Assembly (NCBI RefSeq): GCF_006345805.1
Contig: NC_043016.1
Location: 1,798,001 to 1,862,000 of the forward strand
Direction of reading: 5' to 3'
Length of the DNA: 64,000 nt
Source: Octopus sinensis
Taxonomy: Eukaryota
Within the stretch, counting starts at the first letter, position 1. Every line of letters begins with the position of its first letter. Under the pieces are notes generated by a model that was not told where the DNA came from, made no database searches, and was given only the letters and a program-made list of their open reading frames with translations. Positions 53,424-64,000 of the stretch are shown in pieces. The position numbers and the translations under genes were made by a program.

Positions 53424-56400
53424 TTAAGGATTATAATATTTAAAGGTTTTAGTTAATTTATGCATGCAAGATGGCTTAAATTCAGATCTTTTATTAACTA
53501 GCTTGTTTTTATCTTTGAATCTAATGATTTTTAGAAGTTCTAAGCAACATAGCTAGCAACCTGTTATATTATTTCTATAAACAGCTGCCGATCCAATAAT
53601 GGACCATCTAAGGTTAAATTCGATATTTTTGTCTTTAAATTCCCAAATTTTACGTGATAAAGATGTACTATTAGCCTTGTGTTTGAGTCTAAAAGACGAC
53701 CGGTGGTAATAGAATCTAGATTTCCTGATGGATGAGCACCCAGTGTACGTAAGAGTGTTCTATTCAGTAATTGCTTCACAGGAATAAGTAATTTCCATGT
53801 AAAGGACAAGCTGTAGCATCCACACAATTGCATCCGAAATTACAATTTTCCGGCTGTCTGTTATTAATCCGCGGATAGATAATTTCGGTATGACTGTTGT
53901 CAAGGTTACTATTATGGTAGATAGAAGCTCTGCTAACGTTTTCGCTATTGTTATTGTTATCTCTATTGGTGCTATTTAAGTTTTTCCTACCTATATTTCT
54001 TCTACTGCTAGTATTGATATTAAAACTATCACCTACATCTCTATTATTGCTAGTTATATTGGTATTACAATTAGTATAATTAAATTCACAATTATTGTTC
54101 GTTGTGGATTGAGTTATCACAGTAATAGTAGTAGTAGTATTATCTTCATTAGTTATATAATTATTGGGTCTAATATTATCTCCATTATTGTAATGGGTGC
54201 TATTACTAGCTATTTCAATGTTGCTATTGCTATCTTGAATATTATTGCTATTATATTTACTGTTACTATTATTAATGTAGCTATAGTTGTTATCAACGTT
54301 AAATTCGCTGTTTAGGGAACTACTACCAGCTATCTATAAGTTGTCAGTTTGGCGGTTAGGCATCAAAGCTATAGGGATAATGCCTTGGCTATTGTTATTA
54401 GTTTGGTTGCTACCAATATTAACTCCTGGACTGTTGGGGTTTGATTGATCATTATTATTTACTCTTAAACTAGCTATTTTAATTTTGGTTTTATTATGTT
54501 TAGCTATGAGGCAGCTCACGTTAGGTAGAGTTGATTATGAGATCCTAATAGTTTTATTTGAAAATATACTACTATAAATATGGCCACATCGAAGCAATCA
54601 GGGGTATCAGATCTAGTCCAAAGTTTGCCATGAGTGGGTGGAAAGTTATTAGATATGATTGAAAATATTTTTTGCATAATTTGCCCTTAACCGCTAAATT
54701 ATATGGTATGTTATACCATATATAGTTACGTAATCTACCGTTCTTGCTCTTGTGTCTTCTTAGATTATCTGTGATACTCCTATCGGTAGGGTTTTTATTA
54801 ACTAAATTTCTATTGGTGCGATTCTATTTCTATTTGTTTCTTAATCCCGTTTGAATTTAAATTCGAATTTATATTAGTTGTATCTGTGTTTTAATTGCAA
54901 CTATTTAAAATAATTTCCTTTAAATTTAAGTGATTGGTTCTAGAATCCTTAATTGGTTTATGTGATGGAGTTTTATTGATAGCGAATGCTCTAGGCGGTT
55001 TATCATATGAGTTTTTGCCAAAAGATATTTTCTGGGAGTACCCAGCTCTAGAGAGGGCTCGGTTATAGTGATGTGCGTGATCACTGAAGATACTATTGTT
55101 TGATGATACAGCTTGGACTGACAGATACAGCTTGGACTGTGGTATCAACTATACAAGGTGGGTGATTGGATGATGTGTTAATATATCTAGTGGTTTCTTC
55201 CGGTTTCCTATAAGGGTAGTGAAGGCCTTTATCTATGTCTAACGTAACATCTAAAAAATCAACTATCTTAGTATTGGTCATAAACTCTAGTTTTAGATTA
55301 AATGATTTAAAGAATTGCCTAATCTTTTTTCTAATTCTTTCTAGTTTACTTTTCTTATTAGTGGGATATATGAAAAGTGCATCATCCCTATATAGACCCT
55401 CCTGAAGATCTGGTACCTCTCAGAACAACTTCTTAAATAGGTAGGCTCCGGCCAAGTCAGTTACCTGAACTGAATCACTCGAGCCCATGGCCACATCGAA
55501 GCAATCAGGGGTATTGGATCTAGTCCAAAGTTTGCCATCAAATTCAATTACTGTCTTCCTAGCTAAGAGTATAATATCATTTTTTTCTCTATCTATGAGC
55601 GAAAGGCTACGGGCATATATAAGGGATTTATTCAGTAAGATAGGGGATATACTAGCATAGTAATTTGCTATGTCGAACTGTATAAAAGAATAATTACATA
55701 TGTCAGTAATGGAGTTAAACCACTCTAGAACATCATCGGTATTAATCCATAAATTGAGTGGAATATGAGGTTTAATCCATGGAATCACTGTGTCTAGAAT
55801 AGTTTTGCTAAGTCTGCCTATATCTGATTTAGTTGGACATATTAACCTTACTCCTATGTTTTCTGTGAATCCTTTTTTATGGTCCTTGATGTTAATTCTT
55901 GGCTCCTGAGGTTTGAGAGGTTCAGTCCTATCTAGTAGATCCAGTTTTGTCATTACTTCCTATATTTTTTGGTTAATTTCCTTTAGGTTTTCAATAGATG
56001 TGATCCTATATTTTTTATCTAGTTACTTCATGGTTAGTGATTTGTAATTATTGTAGTCTAATTCATACCAATTGCCGATTTTATCAGCAGGTACAAGTAG
56101 ACTGTCCTCATTCCTAAGTGAATTTATGAACTCTTTTAAACTATTCAAGTGAGTGTTCGAAATGGTCCTATGATTCTTAATTTTGATGTTGCTAATAAAA
56201 TCAATTAAGGCCTTCTCAAAGTTTTCTAAAGCGTAATTTGGAGGAGGGTTTCTTCTACTTTAAATTTTTTTTTGTATATCATTTCATCCTGGTTACTATT
56301 AGAGTTGCATTTTTCTTTGTTGTCAAAATGGTAGGCAGCACATTTAATCCTTCTAATGAAATCAGTGGTGATGGAAGTCTTGTACGGCGAGCTGGCAGAA

Positions 56401-57490
56401 ACGTTAGCACGCCGGGCGAAATGCTTAGCGGTATTTCGTCTGCCGTTACGTTGTGAGTTCAAATTCCGCCGAGGTCGACTTTGCCTTTCATCCTTTCAGG
56501 GTCGATAAATTAAGTACCAGTTACGCACTGGAGTCTATGTAATCGACTTAATACCTAGGTCTGTCCTTGTTTGTCCCCTCTGTGTTTAGCCCCTTGTGGG
56601 TAGTAAAGAAATAGGTATAGCAATTGCATGCGGCTGAAGAGAGCTTTAAACCATCTGTTATGTCGATTATACATTGATGTAAAAATAGGTTGTTGTATAA
56701 AGTTTGAAACACGTGTACCATGACATCCTTTGTGTTCTGTGTTTTTTTTCATTTGATGTATATATATATATATGTATGTATGTGTGTATATGTATATGTA
56801 TGTAGAGATGGCTGAGCGTATATGTGTGTATACTTTAAGATTATACGTATATTTGTGAGTATGTGTAAGTGTCTATATGATTGTGTGTACTTGTATATAT
56901 GTATAAGGTTATATGTGCATATATGTATCTAAGACGTTGTATCCATTCACCGTGGTGAGAGGGACAAACGCATATATATGTGTGTGTATGTGTGTGTCTA
57001 TATAAATGTATATGTGTGTATATATACAAACTTCAACAAGGTAACAGTCATGTATACAACTTGAACTGACACATATCATTACATAAACATACGTTCACAA
57101 GTACATACACATGTACACACACACAGACACGTCTACACACTCTCCTAAATAATCATATACATACGTACATACATGCGTATAGGCATGCACACATGCATGC
57201 GCACATACATGTACACACATACATACATACGCACATACATACATAAATACATACGTAAATACATACATACACACATACATACATACATACATACATACAT
57301 ACATACATACATACATACATACACACACACATACGTACATACATATCATGTACTAACTGTTACTTTCTCAGATGCAGCACGAAGTTTTGACAAATTAATT
57401 TAAATGTTGAAGTCAATGTAACGGTTTTTGAGTGTTTCTTAAATGGCTTATAAACACCTTCCACGCTGCAATTGTTTATATTCGTTTTGA
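53424..57490 (-). mobile_element. Degenerate Penelope-like element B (same type as A) with its microsatellite-rich 5' region
   Basis: DFIRRIKCAAYHF at the N-terminus; RT IKDHKKGF..VRLICPTKSDIG, QFDIANYYASI, DVAMGSSDS, LYRDDAL, VDFLDV, SSNHPP; linker CNCVDATACPL.G; EN TYTGCS..KSRFYYH; C-terminus C.LCCLE..VNKRSEF..CMH. Multiple frameshifts. Confidence 0.88.
56386..56618 (+). mobile_element. Young tRNA-derived SINE inserted in the 5' coding part of PLE B
   Basis: A-box-like TGGCAGAAACGTTAG, B-box-like GAGTTCAAATTCC, central GTCGACTTTGCCTTTCATCCTTT..GGGTCGATAAATTAAGTACCAG (recalled as Meta/Sauria-SINE-like core, unverified). The empty-site version is at 46185-46215. Confidence 0.88.
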
Positions 57491-57629
57491 AAGTCACTTG
57501 ACCCTGTTATCTCCCCTACTGTCCTTCTCGCGTCTGACCACTGTCCAAAGTCAGGACGCCATGATAGATCGTTAGCTCCTACATGCATTTTTTCTCTCCT
57601 TGTTTCTCTTCTCTTTTTTTTCTGTTTAT

Positions 57630-57665
57630 CTTTCTGTCGAAGAGCGTAGGCTCGAAACGTAAAAG
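57630..57665 (+). ncRNA. Hammerhead-like motif with a variant core, in a short (TA)n-anchored element (57575-57768)
   Basis: CTTT CTGTCGAA GAGC-GTAG-GCTC GAAA CG TA AAAG: same fold as 33831-33866 with a different stem II loop. Confidence 0.5.
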
Positions 57666-57764
57666 CCTTTTTTTCTATTTCTATTCCTGAGCGCTATACT
57701 AATACATTTGTTTGTTTGTAATCCACCTGCATTCGTCTTTTGTTTATTTTCGTAAACCTTCCCG

Positions 57765-57796
<32 letters not shown>

Positions 57797-57863
57797 CCTT
57801 TCGGTGCATGTGGTTTTGTTATATGGTGCCGTAGTTTACAATTCTGTAAAAATTAATAATAGT

Positions 57864-58342
57864 ATATTTATACAAGCTTAAAGCTTATGGCCATCACCGT
57901 GCAATCATGCAATTACTAAGGAAAATAGTCTAATAACGGGGCATATAAAACCTCGACAGAAAAAAGAAGGCCATCCTATCCGCGTAGGACTAGAACCCAC
58001 ACCCCTTTGTTAACGCGACTTTACACCAGCGAATTAGCCCCCAGGATTGTAAAATATGGTACCGTATAATAAAAGCATTCCCACCGAAAGCATATAGAAA
58101 ATTGATTTACATAAACAAATACGAACTAATGTAGTTCTTAAATTTCACAGAAGCAAAGAGGCTAATTCGCTGGTGTAAAGGTAAGCGACTCAGTCGCGTT
58201 TACAAAGGGTTGTGGGATCGAGTCCGGCGTGGATGGGAAAGCCTTCATTTTTCTGTCGGGGGCTTATATGCCCCGTTATTAGACTATTTTCTTTAGGCAT
58301 TGCACGGTGATCGCCATATGCTTTCAGCTTATATAAAAATAT
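57864..58342. repeat. Inverted pair of ~180-bp tRNA-like (A/B-box) units, heads facing inward across a 120-bp spacer
   Basis: 57864-58039 is the reverse complement of 58160-58342 with indels. The unit head carries TGGTGTAAAG and GGGATCGAGTCC/GGGTTCTAGTCC. Confidence 0.85.
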
Positions 58343-58349
58343 CATTATA

Positions 58350-58560
58350 TATATATATTTGTGTACCTGTGTTTGTCCCTCATCCATTTCTTGAGAACCG
58401 ATGTTGGTGTGTTTACGTGCCTGTAAATTAGCGGTTCGGCAAGAGAACCGATAGTATAAGTACCAAGCATACAAAGAACAAGTCTTGAGGTCGATTTGTT
58501 CGACTAAAAGGTGGTGCTCCAGAATAGCCGCAGTCAAATGACCGAAGCAAGTAAAAGTGC
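58350..58560 (+). mobile_element. 3' module of the CORE-like SINE
   Basis: GTGTTTGTCCC...AACCGATGTTGGTGTGTTTACGT...TAGCGGTTCGGCAA...GGTGGTGCTCCAGAATAGCCGCAGTCAAATGACCGAAGCAAGTAAAAG. Confidence 0.8.
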
Positions 58561-58808
58561 ATATATATATATATAGTGTGTGTGTATGTATGTATGTATA
58601 ATTATAACATATCGATATGTCAGTGTATTCATGTGTATATTTGTATTTATATGTATCAATGCATGGATGCATGCATTTGTGTATTTTATATGCATGTATG
58701 AGTATAGAATACACATGTCGTTACTACCCAACTACATAGTCCCGGGTTCAGCTTGGGCAGATATCTTCTATTAGAATCTCGTGAGTGAAATTTTCGCGTG
58801 TGTGTGTG

Positions 58809-58839
<31 letters not shown>

Positions 58840-60682
58840 ATTTGTGTCTGTGTGTGTGCGTGTGCCTGTATGTGTGTCTTTATGTCGTTTTTGTACCTCA
58901 CCATCGCTTAACAACCGGTGCTGGAATGTTTACGACCCCTCAACCTAGCGGTTAGATACTGCTGTCGGATTGGCAAGGAACTCCTCTGCTACCGCGCACA
59001 CACACACGCGCACACAATTTTTCCATGTGTTAGGCGGCATACCTGGTCGGCCAACGTTGATGCTCAGTCACATTATGGAATATTTTATTGCAATAAAATA
59101 TCATCGGTTGTATCGAACAGCAGTTGTTCAGCGGGATGAGTGACTGTTTTAGACCCCCACTGAACGTCATGCATAAACACACATATGCACGTTTCTACGC
59201 CCCAGCCTTTCCACCCACATCAAGCATCCAATAAAACACAGCTCCAATACTTGTCTGTCATCTTCTTTCACTTATGCACTCTCTCTTACACACATACTCA
59301 CTCTCTCTCTCTCTCACTACCTCTCTCTTTCTTAAACCCTTTTCTCTATCTATCTTTCTGTCTGTCTGTCTGTCTATCAGTCTGTCTGATGGAACTACAT
59401 CTTTTCTCTCTTACTACTTTGTCCTTTCAAAAATTTTTTTTTCTTTTGTTTGTTTCTTTCATTCTTTCTTTCTCCAGTTCCTCTCTCTCTTTAATTTCTC
59501 TCTTCCTCTCGTGCTTTCCGTCAATTCGATCCCGCTTCATCAGTAGCACGTTTAGGGACATCAAAGCTGGAAATGTGATCCACTCTCTTAATGGACTTCG
59601 ACTTTCGCAAACATATTTCCCAGCCTTGCTTCAATTCGTTGTGCTTGAACTTTGGTCGTTAAAATAAAGAGCCGGTTCTTCGTCATTTCAATTACGGTCA
59701 ATACATAATTTCAACGGACTAGAAAAACAATAAAGCAGGTTCACTTTGCCAAACATAAAGGGAAAATAAAATTTTAAAAAAACTAAATCAGGAGCTATTA
59801 CATTAAATTTAGGGATTTTCGTTGAACATAGACTCGTGGTTAAGAATCCCGGTTGTTAGTTACAAGGATCTAGTTTCGATTTTCCATTGCTGGACTTTTG
59901 AGTATATCTACAACCAGAGCCGGTGTTAAGAAGTGTGGGGTCCAATTAGAGAATTGTTAGTGGGTCCCTCTACTCAACAAAAGCTGAAGATTGATGTTTT
60001 ATGCTTTGTGTAGGAAGCCAATCCAAGCCAAAATGGCTTGAGTTTCCATCATTAATTACATGATATTCTAAAAATTCATCATAGCGTGCTCCGCTCGAGA
60101 GTGCGTGGGCACTCTCTTAGCGTAGGATCCAATTTGAACAAGTCACAACATTAATTCAAACCTAGTCCAGAAAATAAACGATTGCTTTTTTATATTTATT
60201 AGATACCTCCTCTACAACGCCCATTCACTTTTTTGGGAGACCAGAAGGTAGTAAGGTTAGAGAGCCTTGCTTCGGTAGAGAGCAAATAATATAAATTTTG
60301 TCTTATTGTAGGACTGGTGTTAGGAATTGTGGGGCTCTACAATAACTGAAGAAGATTGCGGTTTTATGCTTCGTGTAGTACGCCAGTCACAACCAAAAAG
60401 CGTTGGGTGCTTGAAACTCCACCATTAATCACAATGATATGCTAAAACATCCTTGTAGGATCCTCCTCTCGAGTTTGTGTATAGGGCGCTCACTTGGCGC
60501 GAGACCCAATTTTAACAAATCTGTCCAATTGGCTTAAAAATGGTTCTGCCTAAAACTATAACTTGTGCTGAGAACTTGAAAACTGAGACCGGTGCTGTAT
60601 TCGGTCGTAAAATTCTAGCACATCTGTGTGTGTGTGTGCGTGTGTGTGGTGTGTGTGTGTGCGTGTGTGTGTGTGTGTGTGC

Positions 60683-60716
<34 letters not shown>

Positions 60717-60804
60717 GTGTGTGTGTGTGTGTGTGTGAGTGTGTGTATAAGTACGTGTGAATATACCTACACACACTTGTAGGTATATTCTTTTATGCTT
60801 TTAT

Positions 60805-61075
60805 TTTATTCAGTCATTAGACTGCGGCCATGCTGGGGCACTGCCTTAAAGAATTTTAGTCAAACGAATCGACGCCAGTACTTAAGTTTGTAAAGGCTGG
60901 TTCTTATTCTATCGGTCACTTTTACCGAACCATGGTTACGAGGACATAAACCCACCAACACTGGTTGTCAAGTGGAGGTGGGGATAAATACAGGCACAAA
61001 GAAACACACACACGCTTTTGTCAGGCGAGGCTATAGGAAAAGTCATTTATCAAAGGTTCCACGCAGTGGTGCTAC
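60805..61075 (-). mobile_element. CORE-like SINE (3' module plus partial head)
   Basis: TTCAGTCATTAGACTGCGGCCATGCTGGGGCAC...; the reverse complement matches the SINE tail at 58350-58560. Confidence 0.8.
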
Positions 61076-63102
61076 GCCTACACACACACACACACACACA
61101 CACACATGCACCAAGGAGGCAATTAACCAACGAGACAATATACCAACGGGAAAATTTATCAAGACCGTACTCAAACGAGACAATATACCAACGAAACAAT
61201 ATAACAACAAGGCAATATATCTAAGAGACAACATACCAACCAAACTATATATTGAACACATTTTGTAGGATATTGCTGAGTATTTAAAATAAATGACATT
61301 TTATTTATTTTCATGTGGCAGCCTGTCGAAAACTGGTAGTTACACAGAGCATTAATTTCACTGTTGTTATTAGAGGCTATTTTTTCCACTAAATTTAATT
61401 GGAACCAAGTTGAAATTAGAAATGTAAACCTTGTTTTAATGTTCCTTTTTGTTAGCCTTATGTCTCTTGCTGACAAGTGGAACTTCAATGAAATAAACGA
61501 ACTAATTACCAGCTTTCGATATTGAACCTATTGCAGTAATCTGAAAGACGCAAAACATAGTAAATGTGGTATGAAATCAAATGCAAATTAATTAAGTTTT
61601 TAATAATCATTAACTTTTTATTATAATTATTAATCCTTAATTATCATACACATTTATTTCATCTTTGTTAATTATAATTACGTAACTTATCCAAATTTTC
61701 CATATCTTTAGGATGGAGATTAAGAATTTGTTTGTTATTTTTGCTTCGTTTTAAGAATGACAAATAAAAAAATGATGATACTCTTGTTCTTCCAGAGATG
61801 TAAGGGACATAATTGAAGCCAGAAGTAGGGACTTCAAAGAAGCAGTGAAACTGAATCACCATCAGACGTTTTCCGAGACGATTTATTCTATGGTTCAGTT
61901 AGAAGAGAAAGCGCAGCATTTATGACATTTTTCTTTTGTTTTGTAAAGTCTTGGAGATTGGTAGCTGGAAAGGGGGCAAACGAACTCCGATTGATGAGTT
62001 GTCTTCAGACAAGATACCTGCTTTGTATGCATACTTCATTATAGACAATGCACTCAAGGTCCAAATCAATCTTTAGTTAGGGTTATGGTGATGGATTTAG
62101 TTCCGCACACAACAATATATACAATCCTTATAACGTTTTCCGCACAATTTAAAACTATCGCTTTTTACTTAGAAGATATGGTATGACCGAGGCTACACTA
62201 CAACAACAAGAACAAACAAATAAAACTTGTTTGAAATGCAAGGTCGTATCTCGAAACCACTTGATTGTGAAGCAAACTCGAAAGCGAGGTCGTTATGTAG
62301 GAGCTCAATTTTCTTTTTGTCATAAGTGAAGCAATAATTTATCAAAATTAACAGCCAGTTTTTTAAAAACTATTTGCCATAGTTCTGTATTTTTGGTGAA
62401 TAACGTATTGTGACATGTGTACCTCTTTGAAGGTCATTTAAAATACAAATGAAAGAGCTTAGATATGACCTCGCATTACCGGCTTATTTCGGTAGCTTGC
62501 TTTTTATTCAACAGCACAGAACTTCATTGGTCGAAATTACCATTAACTTCCGAAACAAGCTCTCATAGAATCTTAAAAGAATCGCCTACATCTCCCTCAA
62601 ATCAAGCCCAGCCGTCTTTTCAAGTCAACTCCTAAGACGTTGTATCAACCAACGCAACGTTTGTTTGTTTTCTTTTTTATTCTCGATAGAATGCTTTTTA
62701 TCGAAGATTTGCTCTATCAGAGCTGTCCGTGGACTAATCAACAACAACAATAACAACAACAAATTATTAGTAGATAATGTTGAATATTTTCCCAAGAGTC
62801 TTTGAATAGATATTTCAATAATAATGAAATGGATACCTTTTGTTTCTGTACTGAGTATATGTTCAGATATGATCCAATAGCTGTAAATCTTTCTTCCATA
62901 TTTAACTATTTTCAAATTGAAAACAAATGTTTCATATGTAGCTGCTGTGAAGTTCATGCGTATACGAAGGGGATTTAAGGAGCATGTAGAGTGAACTGCT
63001 TTCAATGGCATTTAGAACTATCGTTTTCCCTCCTCTCGTAGACACAAATTTTGGACAAAGGATAAACTGCAACAACTTCAACAAAAAACACACCAACAAC
63101 TA

Positions 63103-63140
<38 letters not shown>

Positions 63141-63158
63141 ACTACTACTACTACTACG

Positions 63159-63214
<56 letters not shown>

Positions 63215-63699
63215 TCTTCATCAACATAATCATCATCATTAACAATATCAACAATATCAACATCATTATCATGTATTCTAAAGGACACCTGAGGTAGATA
63301 GGTACTATATACAGATGCATACATTCATAAATACATACGTATATATATATATGTGTACTACGGCATTCCGTCGATTACGACGATGAAGGTTCCAGTTGAT
63401 CCGATCAACATAACAACCTGCTCATAAAATTAACGTGCAAGTGGCTGAGCACTCCACAGACACGTTATAAATTATTAAAAAATACTGAACATTTATGTTT
63501 TGAGACCTGTAATTTATCACTTCTGGTGCATCAACAGTTAATTAATCATAATAATTACATGTGTATGTGTGTGTGCGTATGTGTGTGCGTGCACGCGCGT
63601 CACGTGTGTATTTATATACAGTGTCCCAGTATGGCCTCAGTCTAATGGCTGAAACTAATAAAAGATAAAAGATACATGTGTGTGTGTGTGTATTCATTC

Positions 63700-63910
63700 T
63701 TCTATTCCTTTGCCTGTTTCTGTCATTTGACTGCGGTCATGCTGGAGCACCACCATAAAGGTTTTTGTTAGTCGAAGAAATTGACCCTAGCTCTCGTTTT
63801 TAAACCTCGTACTTATTCTTTCGGCTGCTTTTGTCGAACCGCTAGGTTGCCGGGACATCAACGGTTGTCAAGTGGTGATAGTGAGGACAAATACAGACAC
63901 AAAGACACAC
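63700..63910 (-). mobile_element. CORE-like SINE 3' module (a short plus-strand tail also at 63620-63670)
   Basis: GTCATTTGACTGCGGTCATGCTGGAGCACCACC...CGAACCGCTAGGTT...CGGTTGTCAAG...GGACAAATACAGACAC. Confidence 0.8.
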
Positions 63911-63938
63911 ACATACAAACACACACACAGTGCATGTG

Positions 63939-63972
<34 letters not shown>

Positions 63973-64000
63973 TATTATATATATAGATATATATATATAT

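Noticed and set aside
53424-56350. Possibility that in-frame stops in PLE B are selenocysteine codons, or that the PLEs have the permuted Naiad/Chlamys domain order
   Set aside because: The stop I checked in the Cys-rich C-terminus (GC*LC) is TAG, breaks are mostly frameshifts, and all PLEs here have RT followed by GIY-YIG.
56386-58240. tRNA genes at the A/B-box-containing segments (56386-56470, 58160-58240)
   Set aside because: No complete cloverleaf or acceptor stem, and they continue into repeat-specific cores and tails; these are SINE-type heads.

Overview
AT-rich, microsatellite-saturated animal genomic DNA with no recognisable host protein-coding gene, rRNA, true tRNA or CRISPR array. 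The SINE families and the density of (TA)n/(TATG)n/(TAA)n tracts suggest an octopod cephalopod; this is inferred from recalled repeat families, not from a search. The window is a nested retroelement graveyard with six main components. (1) Two CR1/L2-type LINE copies; the first is interrupted by a 5'-inverted RTE insertion. (2) Two long Tx1/L1-clade LINEs and one fragment. (3) At least seven R4/Dong-type (restriction-like endonuclease) LINE pieces, several stacked head-to-tail in (TAA)n tracts. (4) Many tRNA-derived SINEs; one family shares its 3' end with the CR1-type LINE. (5) A dense cluster of Penelope-like elements (PLEs; RT + C-terminal GIY-YIG) at 36-57.5 kb. The best preserved PLE (48.4-52.4 kb) has an uninterrupted ~660-codon frame between ~812-bp near-identical inverted arms, each carrying a minimal hammerhead ribozyme. 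(6) A separate family of short (TA)n-anchored elements carrying a hammerhead-like fold with a non-canonical core. Most ORF-track entries are microsatellite translations and are artefacts. Boundaries were read by eye and may be off by tens of bases unless exact junctions are quoted.
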